Origin: Nonlabens ponticola
GTDB taxonomy: Bacteria; Bacteroidota; Bacteroidia; Flavobacteriales; Flavobacteriaceae
Assembly (NCBI RefSeq): GCF_003966335.1
Contig: NZ_CP034549.1
Span: forward strand, 2,100,001-2,132,000
Length of the DNA: 32,000 bases
Reading direction: 5' to 3'
Shown here: in pieces, positions 26,699 through 32,000 of the stretch
Layout: each line of letters opens with the position of its first letter
Position numbering within the stretch: position 1 is the stretch's first letter
Made by a program: the position numbers and the translations under genes
The notes under the pieces: model-generated
What the model saw: only the letters and a program-made list of their open reading frames with translations
The model's database searches: none
What the model was told of the DNA's origin: nothing

Positions 26699-27198
26699 CG
26701 ATACTTGTCGTAAAGTACCGAATGAAGTGTGGTCAACTCAATCTGGTTGTCCTCGCTTATGTTGTAATTGATTAATAATTCACCCCATTGATAATTATCG
26801 CTATAATTGGCAAGTACCCACTTGTGATTGACAAATTTAGTGTCATTGATTTGAAAGCCACGACCTTGACCAATATAGGGAACTAGAGGATTGCCGCCTT
26901 CTTCTAGGTTAAGGTCCAATAGTTTATCGACCACTTGCTGTTCAATTTGTTGCTGTGTGTATCCTAACTTCTCTAGATAGTCTTGAGCCTCTTGATTACC
27001 AGTGAGACTAAATGTTTTGCCCTGAAGCATGGCGGCGTCCTCTATACTGTCTAATTCGCGTTCTTGTTTGTAGGCTTTGGCTCTTAAACTAGTCACATCC
27101 TTCTCTAGAGCTTCCTGATATTTTCTACCATTGATGTAAAATACGAGCGCAATTAAAGATGCAAAAATGAATAAGTACAGATATAAGTTTCTTCTCAT
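26695..27198 (-). CDS. Hypothetical membrane-anchored protein
   Basis: Single N-terminal TM segment (LYLYLFIFASLIALVFYI), then a coiled-coil-like segment. 4-nt overlap with the upstream MBL gene. Confidence 0.5.
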   Translation of the reverse strand: MRRNLYLYLFIFASLIALVFYINGRKYQEALEKDVTSLRAKAYKQERELDSIEDAAMLQGKTFSLTGNQEAQDYLEKLGYTQQQIEQQVVDKLLDLNLEEGGNPLVPYIGQGRGFQINDTKFVNHKWVLANYSDNYQWGELLINYNISEDNQIELTTLHSVLYDKYR

Positions 27199-27968
27199 GG
27201 ATTTGATTCAATAACAAGGTTGTCATAGGCCAAAAATACATTCTCTGGCAAGCTTTCTTGTACAGTCGCATGAAAACCTAAATGATGACTAATATGTGTA
27301 AAATATGTGCGTGCTGGCTTGAGTTCCTCGATAAGCTCCAGTGCTTCTTCAAAATTTAAGTGCGTGCAGTGTGGTTCTATACGCAGCATATTTATGATAA
27401 GAACATCTAGATTCTTAAGTTTTTCCTTTTCCTCTTCTTCTATGGTTTTGACGTCAGTCATGTAGGCTACATCACCTACTCTAAAACCATGAACCGGTAT
27501 AAAACCATGATCCGCTAGAACTGGTGTGATACTCACTCCTTTGACTTCAACTTTTTCCTTATCAAAAATTCTCACATCGAGATCTGCGACGCCTGGATAT
27601 TTGTTTTCTTCTACAAACATGTAGTTGAAACGTTGCTTAAGCGCCTCGTGAACACGAGTTGTCATGTAACAAGGAATAGCGCCTTGTCTAAAGAAAAAAG
27701 GCCTCAAATCATCAAGACCAGCTGTATGATCTGCATGTTCATGGGTGAAAAGAAGCGCATCAAACGATGTTATCTCGTTGACCAGCATTTGTTGCCTGAA
27801 GTCTGGACCACAATCAATTAGCAGCCTACAATCATCAGTCTCTATCATTGCACTTACACGCAAACGCTTGTCACGTGGGTCATCGCTATGGCATACAGGA
27901 TGATCACTACCTATTACAGGTATTCCTTGTGATGTTCCAGTGCCCAGTATAGTGAGTTTTACTTTCAT
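27195..27968 (-). CDS. MBL-fold metallo-hydrolase
   Basis: HxHxDH motif (THEHADH) and the downstream His/Asp pattern typical of the metallo-beta-lactamase fold (PhnP/GloB-like size). Confidence 0.75.
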   Translation of the reverse strand: MKVKLTILGTGTSQGIPVIGSDHPVCHSDDPRDKRLRVSAMIETDDCRLLIDCGPDFRQQMLVNEITSFDALLFTHEHADHTAGLDDLRPFFFRQGAIPCYMTTRVHEALKQRFNYMFVEENKYPGVADLDVRIFDKEKVEVKGVSITPVLADHGFIPVHGFRVGDVAYMTDVKTIEEEEKEKLKNLDVLIINMLRIEPHCTHLNFEEALELIEELKPARTYFTHISHHLGFHATVQESLPENVFLAYDNLVIESNP

Positions 27969-28018
27969 TAAGTTAGGTTAAAAATATTGATATTATTTCA
28001 TTCGGCTATGAGGTTTGC

Positions 28019-28026
28019 TACCTTTG
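28019..28026 (+). promoter_or_regulatory. Candidate -7 box (TACCTTTG) for the 28052 gene
   Basis: TAnnTTTG match 26 nt upstream of the ATG. Confidence 0.35.
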
Positions 28027-28051
28027 TTAACACATCGATAAAGCACCATGC

Positions 28052-29503
28052 ATGGCTATTACCTTACCAGGAGATAATGAATTTGAAACGGTACCTTCGT
28101 TAAAAAACAAAGCACTACGCATTAATCTCAATAGAAACATCTACGGAACCTTTGCAGAGATAGGCGCCGGACAAGAAACGGTAAGACATTTTTTTAGAGC
28201 TGGTGGCGCTTCTGGGACTATCGCAAAGGCGATGAGCGCCTATGACAAGGACTTTTCTGATGCGGTTTATGGTGTACAAGACGATGGCCGCTACGTGACG
28301 GAATCTCGTTTGCGCAAGATGTTGCGCTATGAAACAGATCTTATAGAAGAACGCATATCTCGAGAGAAACACCCTGAAAAACTATTCTTTACCTATGCAA
28401 ATACCGTTGCAACCATTGATTTTGCTAAAAAATTCTTGGGTCACGGTTGGGTAGGAATTAAGTTTCAGGTCGCGCCAGGTGAAGAATATTCAGAAATTAT
28501 ACTTCACGTACGTTTCAAGGAACGTGATGCACGATTACAGCAAATCACCCTAGGTATTTTGGGAACCAACTTGATCTACGGTGCTTTCTACAAGCATGAC
28601 CAGCCTAAAAAGCTGCTCAAATATTTATATGATCATATTGATAAGGACAAAATTGAGATCGATTTGATCAACTTTGATGGTCCACGATTCAAGAATGTAG
28701 ATAATCGCTTGATGAGCCTGCAATTATTACGCAATGAAATGACTGAGGCCGTCATGTTCGGTCCAGATGGTAATAATATTCTGGCAGCGCGTATTCTTTA
28801 TAAGAAAAACGTATTGGCCTTGCGAGGTAGCTTTAGACCTGTTACCAAGGTAAATATGGACATGTATCGCACTGCCAAAGCAATGTTTATAGAATCGGGA
28901 ACAGTCAAAGAAGATCGATTAGAGACCATTTTTGAAATCACATTAAGTAATCTCAAGGCATCGGGAGAAATTGATGAAGAAGACTTCCTGCACCGTGCAG
29001 AATTATTGGGGTCGCTGGGTCAAACCGTTATGATTTCCAACTTTAAGGAATACTATAGACTGGTAGAATTTTTAAACAACTATACTAAGGAACGTATAGG
29101 TCTCGTGATGGGCGTCAATAATCTTGTAGATGTATTCGATACGCAATATTATACTCATTTAAGTGGAGGTATTCTAGAAGCCTTTGGTAAGTTATTCTTC
29201 AAGAATTTGAGAGTTTATTTATATCCTATGCAGGATCCAGAAACTGGAGAGCTCATTACCAGCGACAACCTCAAGGTTCATCCTCGAATGAAAGAATTGT
29301 ACAAATTCTTTAAATACAATGGCAAAGTCAAGGATATAACTGACTATGACGACAGCATAGGCCATATCTATTCGCGCGAAGTGCTGCGCATGATTGATGA
29401 AGGCGAGGACGGCTGGAGAGAAATGTTACCAGAAGGCATTGCCCGACTTATAGACGAGCAAAACCTCTTTGGTTGTAATGTGACTCAAGACATGGATGCC
29501 TAG
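28052..29503 (+). CDS. Conserved protein of unknown function (483 aa)
   Basis: Long uninterrupted ORF with a promoter-like box. Soluble, with no signal peptide. The N-terminal YGTFAEIGAGQE...AGGASGTIAKAMSAYD segment looks conserved, but I cannot assign a family. Confidence 0.6.
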   Translation: MAITLPGDNEFETVPSLKNKALRINLNRNIYGTFAEIGAGQETVRHFFRAGGASGTIAKAMSAYDKDFSDAVYGVQDDGRYVTESRLRKMLRYETDLIEERISREKHPEKLFFTYANTVATIDFAKKFLGHGWVGIKFQVAPGEEYSEIILHVRFKERDARLQQITLGILGTNLIYGAFYKHDQPKKLLKYLYDHIDKDKIEIDLINFDGPRFKNVDNRLMSLQLLRNEMTEAVMFGPDGNNILAARILYKKNVLALRGSFRPVTKVNMDMYRTAKAMFIESGTVKEDRLETIFEITLSNLKASGEIDEEDFLHRAELLGSLGQTVMISNFKEYYRLVEFLNNYTKERIGLVMGVNNLVDVFDTQYYTHLSGGILEAFGKLFFKNLRVYLYPMQDPETGELITSDNLKVHPRMKELYKFFKYNGKVKDITDYDDSIGHIYSREVLRMIDEGEDGWREMLPEGIARLIDEQNLFGCNVTQDMDA

Positions 29504-29949
29504 AGAATTTGGTCTGCGTGAGCTTTGGTTTTCACCTTAGTAATCACATCTTCTATCACGCCATTCTCATCAATGACAAAGGTCGTGCGGTGGATACCGT
29601 CGTATTCCTTGCCCATAAATTTCTTCGGACCCCAAACTTGGTAGGCATTCAGCAGCTCGTGATCTTCATCAGCTAGTAGATCGTATGGCAATTCATACTT
29701 GTTTTTAAAATTACTCTGGCGTTTAGGACTATCGGCACTTGCTCCTAGTATTTCATATCCGCTTTCGCGAAAGCGTGACACGTTATCTCGCAAATTGCAA
29801 GCCTCTGCAGTGCATCCAGGTGTACTCGCTTTGGGATAGAAGAACAGGACTAACTTCTTACCTTTGAAATCGGATAGAGAAACGGTCTCGCCATCTTGGT
29901 TAGGTATGCTAAATTCTGGTGCTTTATCGCCTGGTTTAAGAGTGGTCAT
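29500..29949 (-). CDS. bcp: Thioredoxin-dependent thiol peroxidase (peroxiredoxin Bcp)
   Basis: FFYPKASTPGCTAEAC active site with peroxidatic and resolving Cys five residues apart. ~150 aa. Confidence 0.85.
   Translation of the reverse strand: MTTLKPGDKAPEFSIPNQDGETVSLSDFKGKKLVLFFYPKASTPGCTAEACNLRDNVSRFRESGYEILGASADSPKRQSNFKNKYELPYDLLADEDHELLNAYQVWGPKKFMGKEYDGIHRTTFVIDENGVIEDVITKVKTKAHADQIL
29760..29775. repeat. Iterated palindrome copy 8 (CGCTTTCGCGAAAGCG)
   Basis: Inside bcp (minus strand), read as S-RFRES-G. Confidence 0.95.
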
Positions 29950-29983
29950 AGGTAGTTTTTTTGGTTATAAGTAAAGATACAAC

Positions 29984-30652
29984 ATGAACAAAAAGGAAAA
30001 AGTAAACTTTGTAATTCAAAAGCTGGAAGAGCTCTACCCTACTATTCCTATACCTCTTGATCATAAAGATCCATACACATTGCTAATCGCCGTTCTATTG
30101 AGCGCTCAAAGCACCGATGTGCGCGTGAATCAAATAACACCATTACTTTTTGAACGAGCAGACAATCCTTATGACATGATAAAAATATCCATAGAGGAAA
30201 TCAGAGAAATCATCAAACCTGTAGGCTTGTCACCCATGAAGTCTAAAGGTATTCACGGTCTATCCCATATATTGATCGATAAACATGAGGGTCAGGTGCC
30301 ACAAACCTATGAGGATCTAGAGGCCTTGCCTGCCGTGGGTCACAAAACGGCTGCGGTGGTGATGTCACAGGCCTTTGGGATACCGGCTTTTCCCGTGGAC
30401 ACTCATATTCATAGGTTGATGTACCGTTGGAATTTAACCAATGGAAAAAACGTGGTGCAAACTGAAAAAGATGCCAAACGCTTGTTTCCAGAAGAAAAAT
30501 GGAATGATTTACACCTGCAAATAATATGGTACGGTCGTGAATACAGTCCAGCTCGTGGCTGGGATCTGGAAAAAGATATCATCACAAGTACTGTAGGAAG
30601 AAAAAAGGTACTGGATGATTACTATAAAAAGAGAATCCGCACTAAAAAATAG
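29984..30652 (+). CDS. nth: Endonuclease III family DNA glycosylase/lyase (no Fe-S cluster loop)
   Basis: HhH-GPD region LPAVGHKTAAVVM (catalytic Lys) and VDTHIHRL (catalytic Asp). The protein contains no cysteine at all. Confidence 0.75.
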   Translation: MNKKEKVNFVIQKLEELYPTIPIPLDHKDPYTLLIAVLLSAQSTDVRVNQITPLLFERADNPYDMIKISIEEIREIIKPVGLSPMKSKGIHGLSHILIDKHEGQVPQTYEDLEALPAVGHKTAAVVMSQAFGIPAFPVDTHIHRLMYRWNLTNGKNVVQTEKDAKRLFPEEKWNDLHLQIIWYGREYSPARGWDLEKDIITSTVGRKKVLDDYYKKRIRTKK

Positions 30653-30663
30653 TGCGGATTCTC
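30631..30663 (-). terminator. Hairpin terminator for the minus-strand sigma / small-ORF transcript, embedded in the 3' end of nth
   Basis: Perfect 13-bp stem GAGAATCCGCACT / AGTGCGGATTCTC with a 7-nt loop. On the minus strand it is followed by TTTTTAT; on the plus strand no T-run follows. Confidence 0.55.
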
Positions 30664-30680
30664 GATCTGAAAACAAAAAT

Positions 30681-30827
30681 CTAATTGTTAAGCGTCTCAA
30701 ATATCATGTTCTTGTATCGCGTGACACTTAATGCTTTTGAGTAGTTGAGTATACTACTAATGGTTTCTGGCCTTGGACCTGTAGGTTTCAAACGTTCAGG
30801 TGTTGATGAATTGTAAAGTTTTGGCAT
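30681..30827 (-). CDS. Candidate small protein (48 aa), not in the supplied ORF track
   Basis: My own translation of the minus strand: MPKLYNSSTPERLKPTGPRPETISSILNYSKALSVTRYKNMIFETLNN-stop. Lies 62 nt downstream of the sigma-factor gene, upstream of the hairpin terminator. Confidence 0.35.
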   Translation of the reverse strand: MPKLYNSSTPERLKPTGPRPETISSILNYSKALSVTRYKNMIFETLNN

Positions 30828-30889
30828 GTTTGTATCGTTTATTGATAGTAAAACGATACTTGCTTTAAATTATTATCTATTTAATCCTC

Positions 30890-31474
30890 TTATTTTGTAA
30901 GAATAATATTATGCTTATCGATCACTTTTCGCAAATTGATGAGTGCATATCTCATTCTGCCTAGAGCAGTGTTGATACTTACATCAGTTTGTTCTGCAAT
31001 TTCTTTAAAGGACATTTCCTTGTAGATGCGCATGATGAGTACCTCTCGTTGATCGTCTGGTAATTCATCTACTAACTTGCGCACATCACTGTGAACTTGG
31101 CTTGTAATCAAATCTGACTCGATGCTCTCACATCCATCACTAATGACGTCAAAAATGTCAAAGTCGTTTCTTGCCTGAAACTTAGGCATGCGCTTATTAC
31201 GACGGAAGTGGTCGATGACAAGATTGTGACTTATCCTCATGACCCATGGCAAGAACTTACCTTCCTCATTATACTTACCACGTTTTAGGGTACGTATCAC
31301 TTTAATAAAGGTATCCTGAAAGATATCTTCTGTGATATCACGATTCATGACCTTAGAAAAAATAAAGCTGTAGAGTCTTTGTTTGTGGCGATTGACCAGT
31401 ACTTCTAGAGCACTTTCATTTCCATCCATGTACTGTCTCACGAGGACAGCATCGTTAACGTTGTTCTTTTCCAT
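30890..31474 (-). CDS. RNA polymerase sigma factor, sigma-70 family ECF-type
   Basis: Region 2 (DIFQDTFIKV, WVMRISHNLVIDHFRR) and region 4 HTH (SFKEIAEQTDVSINTALGRMRYA). Confidence 0.8.
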   Translation of the reverse strand: MEKNNVNDAVLVRQYMDGNESALEVLVNRHKQRLYSFIFSKVMNRDITEDIFQDTFIKVIRTLKRGKYNEEGKFLPWVMRISHNLVIDHFRRNKRMPKFQARNDFDIFDVISDGCESIESDLITSQVHSDVRKLVDELPDDQREVLIMRIYKEMSFKEIAEQTDVSINTALGRMRYALINLRKVIDKHNIILTK

Positions 31475-31665
31475 ATAGCAACTACTTAATAGCTAGTTTT
31501 TTATCAACCAGAATTTTTAGAGAGTAGTTTTATGGAATACGCAGATTGTTTATAAATTGTTAACGGGATAAATATAGCAACTTTTATTCCACAATAGCAA
31601 AAATCTATTTTACAATTTAACAATTTAATAGATTTGACCGTTTATCATATCGATCAACGGCTGCT

Positions 31666-31673
31666 TATCTTTG
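31666..31673 (+). promoter_or_regulatory. Candidate -7 box (TATCTTTG) immediately upstream of uvrA
   Basis: TAnnTTTG match ending 6 nt before the ATG at 31680. This would imply a leaderless or near-leaderless mRNA if it is used. Confidence 0.3.
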
Positions 31674-31679
31674 TTAGCT

Positions 31680-32000
31680 ATGGCTACAAATCAATTGTTT
31701 GATAATATAGATTCTCTAAGTCCCAAAGAGAATATTCTCATAAAAGGTGCACAATTGCACAACCTCAAAAATCTCAATGCCGTCATACCACGCAACGAGC
31801 TGGTTGTGATAACTGGTTTATCCGGTAGCGGTAAATCATCGCTAGCATTTGATACCTTGTATGCCGAAGGTCAACGCAGGTATGTCGAGAGTCTATCGTC
31901 TTATGCACGCCAGTTTTTAGGAAGGCTCAATAAGCCTAAAGTGGAGTACATAAAAGGAATTGCACCAGCCATCGCGATTGAACAGAAAGTAAATTCTACC
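31680..32000 (+). CDS. uvrA: Excinuclease ABC subunit A, N-terminal part (continues past the window end)
   Basis: My own translation: MATNQLFDN...[12 protein letters not shown]...[39 protein letters not shown]...IAIEQK, the canonical UvrA N-terminus with Walker A. No stop codon before the window end. Confidence 0.9.
   Translation, partial: MATNQLFDNIDSLSPKENILIKGAQLHNLKNLNAVIPRNELVVITGLSGSGKSSLAFDTLYAEGQRRYVESLSSYARQFLGRLNKPKVEYIKGIAPAIAIEQKVNST

Noticed and set aside
29371-29380. TTCGCGCGAA, a 10-bp palindrome resembling the core of the iterated element.
   Set aside because: It has an extra CG and lacks the GC...GC outer arms. At 10 bp it could be a chance occurrence, so it is not counted as a copy.
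1-32000. Searched for CRISPR arrays, insertion sequences, integrases, prophage modules, toxin-antitoxin pairs and defence-island gene types.
   Set aside because: I found no regularly spaced repeats with unique spacers. No transposase, integrase or recombinase motifs appear in any listed ORF. No nuclease, helicase or ATPase clusters of defence type are present.

Overview
This window looks like an ordinary chromosomal segment of a Bacteroidota genome, probably a marine Flavobacteriaceae. The taxon call is an inference from three things: TAnnTTTG-type -7 promoter boxes; families typical of the group (BatA N-terminal domain, CBM9/DUF5916-like outer-membrane protein, DUF6146-like lipoprotein); and the ferredoxin / acyl-CoA reductase / serC / serA neighbourhood.

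I support about 37 protein genes, most of them housekeeping:
- methylmalonyl-CoA mutase (3' part)
- serC and serA
- folE
- msrA
- lolD-like ABC ATPase
- bcp
- nth
- an ECF-type sigma factor
- uvrA (5' part)

I also support one tRNA-Arg(UCU). I see no CRISPR array, transposase, integrase, phage genes or recognisable defence, toxin or secretion cassette. I cannot point to a convincing new multi-gene system.

The most unusual signal is at the DNA level. A 14-nt perfect palindrome, GCTTTCGCGAAAGC, is scattered 7 times exactly plus one near-copy across the 32 kb. It sits inside unrelated genes in different reading frames and also in intergenic DNA.

Secondary observations:
- decayed direct repeats of the tRNA-Arg 3' end just downstream of the tRNA
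- an in-frame TAA splitting a DUF2721-like gene
- a cysteine-free endonuclease III
- a dihydroorotase-like protein lacking the HxH metal motif, inside a four-gene translationally coupled cluster
- a beta-barrel OMP with a long basic C-terminal tail
- an unlisted 48-codon ORF behind the sigma factor

All product calls rest on motifs read from the supplied translations and on remembered family signatures. No database search was run.
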